NCBI RefSeq assembly: GCF_009834535.1
Contig: NC_045698.1
Location: forward strand, 1,862,001 to 1,926,000
DNA: 64,000 nucleotides
Direction of reading: 5' to 3'
Origin: Camelus ferus
Lineage: Eukaryota
Positions 12,590 to 24,385 of this stretch are shown here, in pieces. The notes beneath the pieces are model-generated. The model was not told where the DNA came from. It made no database searches and saw nothing but the letters and a program-made list of their open reading frames with translations. The translations under genes were made by a program, and so were the position numbers. Position 1 is the first letter of the stretch, and each line of letters opens with the position of its first letter.

Positions 12590-12895
12590 TGCCACGGGTT
12601 GAACGTGTCCCCCTCAAATTCCTGTGTTGATGCCCTAGCCCCCAGGTGACCTCAGGATGTGACTGCAGACTTTAAAGACTGGTCTTTAAAGAGGTAATGA
12701 AGCTAAAATGCAGTCCCTAGGGTGGGTGGGTCCTAACCCAATAGGGCTGGTGTCCTTGTGGGAAGAGGAGGCAAGGACACAGATACGGAGGGAGGGAGGG
12801 CAGGACAGCAGCACGAGGACACGGAGACACTGACCCTGCTGGCACCTGGGCTTCCAGCCTCTGGCCTGTGAGATACACTTCTGTTGTGTCCCAAG
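12590..12895 (+). mobile_element. MaLR LTR (MLT1A/B-like)
   Basis: tgccacgggttgaacgtgtccccctcaaattcctgtgttga...ctttaaagaggtaat...cctaacccaatagggctggtgtcctt...accctgctggcacctg...cttccagcctc...tgtgagatacacttctgttg follows the MLT1A/B layout. Confidence 0.85.
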
Positions 12896-15800
12896 TACTT
12901 ACCGCCAGACTGTCAGTCATTTCATTCAGATCAGTGCCACCCGTGCTTGTGAGGGGCTGGCTGCCGTGGTGCCTGAGCGGTCAGGGGCTCGCCTGGACGT
13001 GGCATGGGCCCAGAGCGTGGAAGTCTCTCCCCATTAGTGAGGAGCAGAAAACCCTGTCCCATTGGCACACTGACCGTGGGGTCCACTCTGAGCATCAGAG
13101 TCCACAAGGAGGAGTTGTCATTAGCTGGGATGTGGGCTTGTGCATGTGATCAACTGGGGACACCAGTGGCTCGCCTCAAACCTATTTTCTGCAAGGCCCT
13201 CCAGGAGTTCCTTGCCTGGTGTCCCCTGTCCAAGCCTAGGGGCTGTCCCCTGCTCCCTGGTGCCCCTTACCCTCTCCAGCCAGGCACACGTCCAAGGTTT
13301 TATTTATCAACTCTTCTGAGGCCTCTTTTTCATCAGTAAGTGAAGTCTGCCCTGGGTCCCCTCAGCTCAAATACAGGGGATTTGAAGAAAGGGCCCCGGT
13401 TTGGTTCCTTCACAGCCGCAGTGCAGCTGCCCCACCCCATGGGCTGCCTCGGTCCCCCCACAGTTGGTTGGGGGAGGACACAGTGTCCCCACCACAGCCA
13501 GCTGCGTGACAAACGGTTTCGGTTCCCAGGGGACAGCATCGCGTTACGTCGCTAACGCTGGGTTATGAGACAAATAAACTGCAGAGTGAGGACGCCAGTG
13601 CTTCTGCTCCGGGCGACACTGCTCTCGTCCCATGAACCGCTTCTCGTTTCTTCTCTCGCTCCTGCTGAGGACTTACCTTCCCGGTGTGCCGACCGCTGCT
13701 GGCGCGTTTTCCTGACTGGGGGTGGACTCCACGTGGCGGTGAACACGCGCCATCACCTTTGGGTGCAGAAGCAAGTTGGTGGTGTTACTCCTTCCATGTC
13801 AAACCGAGCTCCTGTGATGGGGGGACACCCAGCCTCAGACGGCTGAGGGTCCAAATCCCACCCAGAGGTGAACCCCCACGTCTGGAATGAATAGTCCCGC
13901 CTGGAGGTTAAATACAACGCTTGCTGTAGATTTGGGCGCTTAGATTAAACCGCGCGTTACGCCGAGCAAAGGAATGATGCTATGGCGGAACAGACCCACA
14001 GGCGCCGAAACCGCCGCAGCTTCCAAGGAACAAACTGCGATTTCACCGTGAAGGCAAAGTTCCTTTTCAGTCTTGATTTATACTAAAGGCGGGCTGTGAG
14101 TCAAACGGAAACAGAATCAAGGCGGTCTCGGAAAGGAGCCTGCAGATGAGGACACACAATCCCGAACGTGATTAAAGGCTCCTCTGTCAAAAATGTCGCC
14201 CTGGCTTTTCCGAAGAGCAGGGAAGTATCGCGTGTTCTGAGTCACTGTCATAACTCAGACGTTGGTAATTGTCTTCAAGTTGTAACTGTCAGCCTTGCAA
14301 TCTGACTTGCACTGCAAATGAGAAGTATTAATTAAATAGTAAAAGTGTTTAAAAGTGACTCTAGTCAATGTCTTGGGGGTCACCGGGTCAAAGCTGTGCT
14401 TGGAGACCTATTCTGAACTTGAATGATGCTTTGGGATAAACACATATTTACAACAAGTGTTTATTTTCCCTATAGTTCAGATTAGGGCGCGTTTAGAATA
14501 AACTTCAAGTCTGGACAGGTTTCTATTCTCATGCATTCTTAGTTGGAGTTTAGTAAAAATCTTCCTTTAAGCAACAGAAGAGAGAAACACATTTTTAAAG
14601 ATTTAATTTCAGTTTTTCATTGCCTCTGTTTCAGAACAAGCTAGATTATTAGCTGAAAAGGAGAATATTTTAATGCTTGAAGCTGTGAGCTTAATATGCA
14701 GTTTAATATAAAATGTGACATTACAGGTTGGTTGAAATCAGAATGCCAAAGCACCAGAATTCAGAGCAGTTCTTAATGACCCAGTGCATTCAAGACAGTT
14801 CTATTTTCAGGCAGTTTTGGGAATTTAAGCTATATTGAAATAAAAATAAATTCATACATGTGAAAACTTAGATATTTGAATAAGCAGTAACTTTTGGGCA
14901 GGCTGGTGAGTCCACTGGTCCCACACTTTGCTGTCTCAGAAGGAAAAAGGACCACATCAAGGACCATCACATTTCCCTGCTGACTGCACCCTCAGGGCCA
15001 CACCTGTGAGCGAGCCGGGCCACGAGCAGGTGACGGCAGCCCTGGTCCGGCCGTAAGTGCCACGCCGCAGGGACCGCACAGGGAGCCCCGTGTGCGTGCG
15101 CAGGCGGCCCGTGAGGCAGGGCTGTGCCCTCAGCAGCACCCAGCGCCCGCCCGTCCATCTGGCGATGGACCCGGGTGCTCACCTGTCGTTGCAGAGAGCA
15201 GTCCAGGGCTACGAAACCTGCACTCGGGCCTCCTTTTCTATTCATTGCTGCTCTGTCAGTAGGTTATATGAGGTTTAATGCAAGTCATTTATCCATATAT
15301 GAAGAATTTACCCCAAACCTAGGGCTGAGAAAGTCAGAGAAGTACATGTGAAGGTGAATTTTCCCAATAAACTGTCAATTTATTTTATTGATCATTTCTC
15401 TGAGAAAACATGGGTAACTTGGGTCCTTCATTATTGCCCCATCTAGGACCTTCTTGTGTTTTACTGGAGGCTGCAACATTTTCCTTCCCGCTTATCTTTA
15501 AAATTTTGTAGAACCTGGAGTGAAGAGGGGCCCCGAACTGTGCAACCTCGTGTTTCCACCGGTGGGGGCCACGCGGCCTCTGGGCTGGCATGCTGTTTGT
15601 GTGAGCACCCTGCTGGGTGCACGTACTGGTGCTGGGATAAAACAGTGCTTCCATACACTGTACATACATGCACATACGTGGTGCCACATACATAGCTATG
15701 CATGGAAATCCATTTCTGTATGTACATATATATACACATCTATGCATAATTTATTATTTTAATAGATGATTTAGTCTAGAAACTAAAAAGGAAAAAAATC

Positions 15801-16249
15801 GTTTTGTAGTGAAGTCTCTGTCCACTCTGCTTGCTCCGCCCGGCGGACACTGATGTCCTCCCACTTCAGAGACCTTGTACCCAAACACAAGCAGGGACAG
15901 GGGTTCCTGCCACCGCCTCTTCCCCTGCAACTAGCAGCTCACTAAGCGTGTGTTCGTGCCCGCTCCTCTGACTCATCAGCGTGTCTTGGGGCTCTCCATA
16001 TTAATACATCAAAGCGTTCCTGTTCATTCTCCTCGCTGCATGGTATCCCTTTGCTTGGCATAAATTAAATGTGATTTTTTTCACACCTGGGTCATTGTTG
16101 GTGGACACGGGTAATTATAAACGGTTGTTTTTAATGGGAGGGGCAATGTTGTGAATTAGAAAGGACGTTTTTTAATATTAGAAACAAAAACCTATATTTA
16201 AACATGTCAAAGCAAACAATCCACATGCCGTTTTTCGCACGTATCGCTT

Positions 16250-17035
16250 TTTGTTATGAAGTTGCTCGGCTGCGTGCAGCCGCACCTGTAAGCGCCGTGG
16301 GCGTTGCCGAGTCATGCACGAGCGAGGCTGTCAATTTACTGCTGCACCCGCGGCGTCTGAGGTGAAGCGCCCCCTGGGGGCCCCGCCCGCACGCGCTGCC
16401 CGCCTTCCGGAGCGCGCCGCCTGCAGGAGGCGCGCCGCCCTTGCCTCCGCTCTCTGCCTCCGCGCGAGCCTCAGGCTCTCGTCGGCCGGGAGCAAGCACC
16501 TGGCCTGGCCTCTCCGCGCCTTCCGTCCGCGTTCTCGCCCAGTTCTTGACTGCCTCCGGGCCTTTCTCTCACGGCCTGGCAGGAATTCCCTGCCTAGTAG
16601 AAAGGCAAGCTGCTTGGCAGTAATCGGACTCGCAAACGCTGTTCGCTTTGCTGACGGCGCTCTCTCCGCGGTGGAGCCTCGCGTTGCCGTCGCCACGTTT
16701 CCCGGCCTTGTCCGGCTCAAGTCACGACTGGGAAGAATTGCTCTCTTACGGCTCCTTCTGTTTTTCCATCGTTATCAACGATAAACCTTCAATCCGCTTG
16801 GACTCTCACCTTCTTCCGCGGGGAGGACAGAAGCCGGCCCATTCCTCGTCTCAGAAGGTACTCGGAGGCCGGCGCGGGCCCCCGGCCCAGCCGCGCGCTG
16901 ACGTCGCGTCCTCGCCCTGCGCGGGCTCCCCTTACGCGCGGGCGCCGTCTGTGGCCGTCCCGTCCCTCCGCAGGGTCTCCGCCCGCAGCGCCGCTGTGGT
17001 GTTTGAGGCTTAGAATACGTTTCGGCGTCCGACAG
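16250..17035. promoter_or_regulatory. CpG-island-like block with candidate CTCF site
   Basis: Dense CpG/GCGC runs over about 800 bp of unique DNA. 16366-16382 reverse complement GGCCCCCAGGGGGCGCT matches the CTCF core except at one position. Near-CRE TGACGTC at 16899-16905. Confidence 0.5.
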
Positions 17036-17457
17036 CTGTTGCTCCTCATTGCTTTTGTGCCTGTTTAGACTTTTCGCAAATATTATTCTTTTTATGTCGT
17101 TTACTTCTGGCAGTCAGTCTTCATTCTCTTTGAGTTACAGTTTTCTCTTTTGCATTTGGGGGGATTCGCTGTCCCCCCTCCTTCCATCACCCAGAGTCAC
17201 CCCGCACTGGGGGAGCCCCAGGGACACGCTGACCCCGGGGGTCCAGGTCTGTGTGAGCAGACAGGTCAGAGGCTGGGAGACACACCACGTCCAGGAAACT
17301 CTCCAACAAGTCTGAGGCCGAAGTCTTCCCTGGAGGAAGCGCGGGCCGGGCGTCCACTGCCCTCGATCCGGGCCGGTGGCAGGAATGGGAACAGCTCCGC
17401 TAGTCTGTCCCCAGAGCCGCTCCGTCCCTCAGCCCCGGGCTTCTTCTCACTTTGACA

Positions 17458-17620
17458 TCCACCCACTGTGCACACACACAACACACACTCCACACACAAT
17501 CCGTGTATCACACACACCACCCGCATCACACACAAAACACACCACCCTCCACCCACACACCCAAAGCACACACCATACAAGTCTACACACAACAAGCACA
17601 TAGGACACACTGCTCACATA
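17458..17620 (+). repeat. CA-rich low-complexity / degenerate (CA)n tract
   Basis: cacacacacaacacacactccacacacaatcc...cacacacc repeated imperfectly. Confidence 0.85.
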
Positions 17621-18365
17621 TAAAAATGGAGTTGAAAGTCAAAAGCACGTACCGCTCCTGGTGCTGGGTTTAATGGCGTCTGGGCCTGTTCGTGCGAGTC
17701 TATTCACTTCTGTTTATTCTGCCATGTCCCCAGAATGCTGCTTCCGGCCCACTGACTTGATTTCTGAGACGTCCCTATGCGGGGCGGAGGGTGCTGCTGG
17801 CCAGCAGTGCTGCGCCCACGGGGAGACACTGCCTGCCACCCACCACCTGTCACCTGTCACCTGGTCCCCTGCAACCTCGGGCTCTCCAGCTGGGCGGGTT
17901 AAGTCCCGGCTGGATCTGCAGAGGCTGAGCAGCCCTCACGTGGTGCTGCACAGAGGAGCTGCCTATGTACTTAAAACAAAACGCCCTCCTCTTCTGGACG
18001 TGGACGCCTGGGGCTCCCTGCGAGTGACAGCAGACCCTCGTGCCCCTGACCAGGTGACGCCCCAGTGCTCCCCGTTCCCGCCCTCTGGGGTCAGAGTGTG
18101 CCCCTCAGACGCAGCCAGGCGTTGGCTGAGGTCTGCTCCTCGGCCTGGATGGAGGCCCCCAGGGTGAGGGGAGTGTGGTGCCCGCACACAGCAGGGAGCT
18201 CCCTCAGTGAGCAGCGGCCGGTGCCCTGGGGGCCGCCCACGGGAGTCTCCAGGCAAACCAGCCAGCCAGCCCACAGGAGGGGGGGCGCGTCTGCCGGCGC
18301 CCTGTGTCTGCCGAAGGTTCACTTTTCAAGAGCCATCAGTTTTGCTTTTTAAAAAAAATTATTTA

Positions 18366-18367
<2 letters not shown>

Positions 18368-18412
<45 letters not shown>
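18368..18412 (+). repeat. (TGTC)n tetranucleotide microsatellite, about 11 units
   Basis: Perfect tgtctgtc... run. Confidence 0.95.
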
Positions 18413-18419
18413 TGTCTAC

Positions 18420-19060
18420 CCGCATTTTCAAGGAGCTGCGCTTTCACAGGCTGCCGCGGAGGAGGAAGACGGGGCCTTCTCAGGCGGTCTGAATTCCGCA
18501 GCCCGACCCGCAGCCGCTCGTCAGCGTCTCTCTGGGAAGTCGCTGTCTCGTCGCTCTGTTTGGCATCGGATATGCGGTCGGCAAAGTGTTTACATTAAAG
18601 GAGCATACAGTAAGTCTCCCCTTAGAAGCAAGTTAACAGCCGGGCGCCGGGAGGAGCCGACTCCCTCTGAATACTGATGCCCCGCCCCGCGTCTGTGCGG
18701 GGCCAGGGGTGCGAGGTGTTGACCGTGGCCTCGTACTGATAAGCCAAATGCTGCCGGAGCGCGGGCAGGATGAGGGCAACCTCCGGCCGCACGTGCCCCG
18801 CCGCGCCGCCGCCGGGCCCTGGAAAGGCCTCCTCATTTGAATACGGCCTCCGCTGCAAGTGGAAAAAAGCGCGCGGGGAGGAACGCGCCTTTGATTAGGG
18901 CGGCGTTTGGAAGCTGAAGCCTTAAATGCTCACTTTTTGTGATGCTAAATTGCGGGCATTTTCGACGGCATTGTCAGCTTCGGGAACCCGTTTTCTCCCC
19001 ACCCGTTTTTTCCAAAGAGGGACTCGATGGCCCGCCTCCCGGAGGGAGGTGAGGGAGTGG
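18420..19060. promoter_or_regulatory. Second CpG-rich block
   Basis: High CpG density in unique sequence (ccgcgccgccgccggg, agcgcgcgggg, GC-box-like ccccgcccc near 18680). Confidence 0.4.
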
Positions 19061-20471
19061 ATGGACGTGGCTATCTGGGTTATGGAAAATTTAAAATCAA
19101 ACTGTTTGATGAAATGTAGAAATATGTTTTAGTATAGGATTAGACTTCTAATACAGGAAGCAGTCGGGAGATCAAAAGGCTGAAAAAGTCACGCTGAAAA
19201 GGACTGGAGAGCCACCGGGGGAATTTGAGAGCCAAGTGATTAAAGAGTGTTTTCAGTGAATTAAATCCAATCTGACTTTAAAATAAAAGTAAACACGGCC
19301 AGCAGTCCACCGGGCTGGTAGCAGTCCACCGGGCTGGTGGCCGTCCCTGCTGCCCTGGACCTGCGGCCGGGCAGCCTCTGCTCGGGGTTCTGTCCCCAGC
19401 ACTCACAGGAAAGGAGGCATTTGGCTTTAGAGTCAGGCTCTGGACAAGAACGTGGAATTTCCCGGCGGGCATTCTGGGGACCCCGGGAGCCGCTGAGCGT
19501 CTGCACGCCCCGGGATTTCTTCCAGCCCTCTTTCCTTCTGTCCCTGTAAACAGCAACAGCAGATCAGACCGAACCTGGCAGGCTCAAGCCGGCTTGGGAA
19601 GGCCAGCTGGGTTTTCTGGAATGTGCATAAAACAGGAGCTGGGTGTCCAAGCTGGGGCCACTGGGAGGACCTGAGTGGTGGAGCCTCCCTGCAGGCCCAG
19701 CCCGGCCCTTCAGATTCTGGCTTCAACAGCATCCTTTTAACCTTGTCAGCGTGCCTGTGGGGGTGTCCAGTCTGCAAACGTCCACACGTGCAGCAGGCAA
19801 CAATTGAGGTGCTAACAGATAAGGTGAGTCAAATAAGTCAGCGAGCCACCTGGGATGAAGAAAGCTCTCATTTTCATTCCTGTCCTGAGTTGCCAGACTC
19901 CATACTTCACCTGTTTGCTCAGAGATGGTGTTTCTCTCGGCCTCCCTCTTGTCTTTAGCTCAACACTTTATGCAAATGAAAATTGAAGAATTGGACTTCA
20001 ACATCAAGGAGGGCTGTTTATGACTACTTAAAATTTAATTTTATAACTATTTGCCATAAATACAACTTTATGTAAATAAGCATTCCACCAGCCACTTCAC
20101 CTTCCCTATTGCAGACATTTTCGTACCTTGTAACTTTGGCACAGTTTGCAAAACATCCTGTGCTGGCCTCTGTCTCACCAGGCCCTGCCCTTCTCCCCCC
20201 GCCTCAGTTTAATTAATTTAAATGCTTATGAGTCTATACCTCGCAGTCTGTTTTAGGAGTTTTTAACTGTGTTTTGAAAATGCAAAGGACGACACTGTCA
20301 GCTGACTGAGGAAGAAGAGCAGCAGTAAGAAGTCAGTTCCGTGCCCGGGGAAAGGGGTGGAGAGAGTCACAGGAGGCAGGGCCCTGAGCTCCTCACGCTG
20401 GACCGGGGGGACTGAAGCCATAGGAGTGAGTGACAGCACCCCCCCATCAGCTCAGCCTGCTCCATCCCCCA

Positions 20472-20570
20472 GCTCTCTGAGCCTCGATTTCTTCAGCTGT
20501 GAGACAGGGAGAGAGAGGGCAGTGACCACGCGACCTCACGCACGTGGCGTGGACAGGAAGCATGTGGGGG
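20472..20570 (+). mobile_element. MIR core fragment (GC-shifted)
   Basis: ctctctgagcctcgatttcttcagctgtgagacaggga...acctcacg resembles MIR ctctctgtgcctcagtttcctcatctgtaaaatgggga...acctcatag. Confidence 0.55.
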
Positions 20571-22419
20571 GTGTGGCCTGGCAGGGAGGCGGGCTCGCTC
20601 AGCCAAGTGAGCCTTTGTGACTCGGTTTCTCCTGGCCAGTGTCCCTCACAGAGACACAGGTCTCCCACAAAGTTTGCTGAAGGCTTCAGAGAGGATATTT
20701 TTGATACGTTTTGAATAGTTTTGAGGGATGTAGATTCACAAAAAACATTACAAATTGTTGGTCACTTCAGTGATATTTGATGAGTCCCGTGCATCTTGAT
20801 TTGGACTTGGGGGAAGTCCACGCAGAGAGGAGGGAGGAGCAGAGGGTGCGCCCCGCCTCTGGTGTTTGGGGCTGAGTCCCGGGCAGGCAGCCCTGAGGCT
20901 CATGCCTCTGCTGTGATTTGAAAGACTTGGTTTGGACTAGAAATACGTCCCTGGGTGACGCGGTCAGCGGGTGAGCCCCAGGTCACCCAGCGGAAGGCAG
21001 TGAGGAGGAGGGGTTATGTCAACGGTTTTTCCTGTTTCCCCAGAAATTCCTGTTGGATTCTAACCATGAACTTTTTCTCTAATCCAGTTTCCGTGCTCTT
21101 CTCTTGGTGAAGTTCCTGGGCTGACCTCAGGGTGTTGGCCCACGTCTTGTCACTTCTCAGGGGATCAGTACAACTATCCAACATCTGCAGAACCCGGAAT
21201 AATCTTGCTCGCTACCAAGAGACCCTGGAGGTCGGCAGATCCCCCCCAGAAAAACTTTAAAGCTTGATGGACTTTAGACAAAATGACTTTATAATATCCT
21301 CGACTTGTTCTGTTTATAAAGATAATAAGTGGTCATAGGTCCCTATGTTCCAGCTGTGCTGAGAGTCTAGTCACTTTGCTATTACCCGAGTCGCACATTT
21401 GCTTTACTTTCCTGAGGAAACGTGGGTGTGCCCCTGGGTGTGTCACGCCCGCTTTGCATGGTTGTGGTTCTATTCCATTTTTATTTCTTGGTTCACGGCC
21501 TCTCCTCTCGCTTTGCACTGCCCTTAATGTTGAGCAGCAGTTGTGCTGGGAGCCATCATCCGCAGCCTGGCCCGCTGCGTCCTGGGTGTGTAAGTGTTCA
21601 GTTCCCCGGAGCGCCCAGGGCTCCATCAGGGCTCAGTCTGCTCCTCGGAACCCTTGCCGTGTAGTGGGACTGTCGTGTATCTTCTCTGTGCTGCCGTCAT
21701 TGCTGGGGAAAGACCGCGCAGAGACGCGTGATCCTTTTTCTTCTGGGTCCCCTGGGGCTGCTTCACTAGGACTCCCCAACAGTCACCAGGTCTGAGACAC
21801 AGCATGGGGCAGAGGGGCCAGGATGGTGGCGCCTGGTGTCTGAGGCTGCGAGAGGTCCCTGTCGGTCCTTGCCTGGTCACCTGTCCAGCTGCTGACACCA
21901 AAGGGAGCTGTCCACAGCTTAGGAGGGTCCCAGTCTCAGATCTGGGGAGAGCACCCCAGAAGCCAGTGTGAACTGGGGGTACTGAGCCTCTGACCCTGAG
22001 TGAGCATCTCTTCCCACCAGCTCACCCCTAGTCCGCCCTTCCTCCGAGCTCCCGCCTGACACCTTCATCCGTCTGGCCTCCATCCTTTCCACTTGGTCCT
22101 GCCAGGAGGAGATGCTCGCCTGGCTCTCAGCAGCCACTGGCCACCAAAGAGCGTCATAAGACAAAGAAAAAAGGGCGAAAAAGAGGAAACCACTGCCAAA
22201 AAAAATAGGCAAGAAAGGGGAATCTTTTCTAATTAGAAATAGAAGTAGGTGAGCAGGTCAGATGAAGCGCACGTGCGAAAGCAGTTTTTCGGGGGCTCCC
22301 AGCAGGACTGCGCTCAGGCTCCATGGTGCTCGCTCGGCCTGAACAGGGAGGTCAAAGGCTGTGCTGTTTCGTTTGTTTCCTCTCGAAATTGGTTGGGTTA
22401 AAAAAAAGTACAGAAACAA

Positions 22420-23260
22420 ATAAGTAAATTATATATAAATATATTTCTATACATATTTGCATATTCACAATTAATTTTTACCTTAACTTCATAGTGGCTG
22501 GGAAAATAGATCCTGTGTAATATAATCTTTTGAAATTTGTCAAGATTTGCACAAAGGGTCATTATGTGGTCAAATTACCTTAATGTTGAATCTTGGGTTA
22601 TTTATCTGATTACATGTGTGTTTGAAAATAATTTATATTCTGTTATTCTTGGAGGTAGATTTCAGGATTATTACTTATGCTGTTCAAATATTCTGATTTT
22701 CACTGATTTTTAAAATCTGCTTATTCTGTCAATTTTAAGATCTGTGTTAAAAATCTTCTACTGTGATTATGGATTTCTCTTTGTAATAAAATCAAATTTT
22801 GCTTTATGTATTTCAAGTCTATATTATTGAGTTCATACAAGTTTAGGTTTGTTATGCAATTTTTCAGAAATAACTCTTTTGTTAATATGTCATAACTCCT
22901 TTCATATCTACCTGCCATTTACCTTAATATAACTGGACTAGCTTTTAGTTAATATTTTGTTTAATATTTTTTCGAATATATCTTTTTATATTCTTTTACC
23001 TACTTTTGTATCCCTATGTTTTTAATTGTCTTTCACAAAGGCTTGTAATTCATGTTTTTTCTTAACGCAGTTTGATAATCTTAGAATTTTTAATTAGAGA
23101 CTTAGTCGACAGTTAGTAATTGTATTTGGTGACTTATTTAGATTTATCCCTATCATGTTGTTTTTAAGTATGTTCCTTCCTTTTGTATGTTGCTTTTTCT
23201 GTTATCTGTTGCTCCATTTTGATTGATTGAGCACTTTTTCCTCATTCTCTCTATTAGGAA
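22420..23260 (-). mobile_element. Old L1 ORF2 endonuclease-region fragment
   Basis: ORF 22721..22918 (-) ITNLNLYELNNIDLKYIKQNLILLQREI resembles L1 EN ITILNIYAPNNRASKYMKQKLTELKGEI. T-rich plus strand. Confidence 0.8.
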
Positions 23261-23292
23261 GTTGCTTTTGTCATGACGGACTCAATTATGCT

Positions 23293-23414
23293 TGGAATGA
23301 TCATCCCCAAAGCAGAGCACTTTTAAGAAGGGAGGGAAGAATGGAACTCTTCATAATTGCACAAGGCAACAGAAGTAAACCCTAACTGCCTTGGGAACAG
23401 TATGTGACCACACT
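23293..23414 (-). mobile_element. MER94-like hAT-Blackjack MITE
   Basis: ccaaagcagagcacttttaaga...cataattgcacaaggcaacagaagtaaaccctaactgccttggg...tatgtgaccacact follows the reverse-complement MER94 consensus. Confidence 0.6.
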
Positions 23415-23779
23415 AATTATACTGCAACAACAAGCAACTTTAAATCTCGGAGAATTGACAAAAATAGTGTGCTTCTCCATCACACATCTTGCCCAACATG
23501 AGTCAGCAGGACAGACTCTGCTTATTATAGTTACTCAGGGGCGCAGCCTGACACGGGCTCTGTCTGACCACAACGTGACTCTCTTCACATTGAAACTGAA
23601 AAGTGTTACTGTCTCTCCCATCCAACTTTCACATTCCAGCCTCAACAATCTGGTGAACATGGAACTCTGATCATAGAACCTCCCCCACCTCCCCTCCCCA
23701 CATCCTCCACCATCTGTAGGTTGTACACACACACAACTTCAGGGTTTCCCATGACTTTTTGGCAAGGGTTCAAAGTTCT

Positions 23780-24290
23780 TCCTCTGCCACAGGCCTTTGT
23801 GAGCTGGTTGGCATCTGCCTCTCTCTGCACCCCCACATCTTTCTCTCTGGCCAGATGGAACCACTTGTCATTCCTGTGACTCATCTCACCATCCTCCTTT
23901 TCAAGGTCCCGCTCTCCTGTCTTGCAAAGCATATCCCACACTGGCTCAAGGGCTATCTCCTGCCCTCTGAATTAGATGCCCCTTCCCAGTATGCTGGCCA
24001 CAACCACAGAGTCCTCCATATCCTGGAGGAATGATTAGATGGCTTAGATGTTGACTGAAGGCTGCCTCTTACCTTGTCTCCTGGAGAACTCCAACCCATC
24101 CTTCTAGGTCAAGACTCCTCCCCAGGTCAAGCCTTCTCCCCAGGTCAAGTCTCCTCTTGCTCTTTCTAAAATCCTCTCAATGAAAATAACCAGGCTTTAT
24201 TGCTAACATCACTTTTTAAACTATTTGTCCTTGATCTTTCTGTTGGGTACTCAACAAATATTGACTGGATGGATAAGTCAATCAATCAGA
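23780..24290 (+). mobile_element. L2 3' region fragments
   Basis: Pyrimidine-rich L2-like blocks (aactccaacccatccttc), ending gtactcaacaaatattgactggatggata, the L2 3' terminus motif. Confidence 0.5.
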
Positions 24291-24385
24291 AGGTTCAGAA
24301 GCAAAGAACACAATGTCATGGGAAATAAGAGGGAAGGTAAAGTTGAAGAAGACTACAGAAGAGTAACAAAGGTGGGAAGCGTCAG

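Noticed and set aside
15780..16110. Possible very old antisense L1ME 3' fragment
   Set aside because: Similarity too weak to support by eye; left unannotated.
16314..16784. 156-aa Arg/Ala-rich ORF in the CpG island
   Set aside because: Open on both strands because stop codons are scarce at this GC content; no protein family resemblance.
24105..24156. Regularly spaced short repeats resembling a CRISPR array
   Set aside because: Only three 8-9 bp units with similar short spacers, eukaryotic context and no cas genes; a simple tandem triplication.
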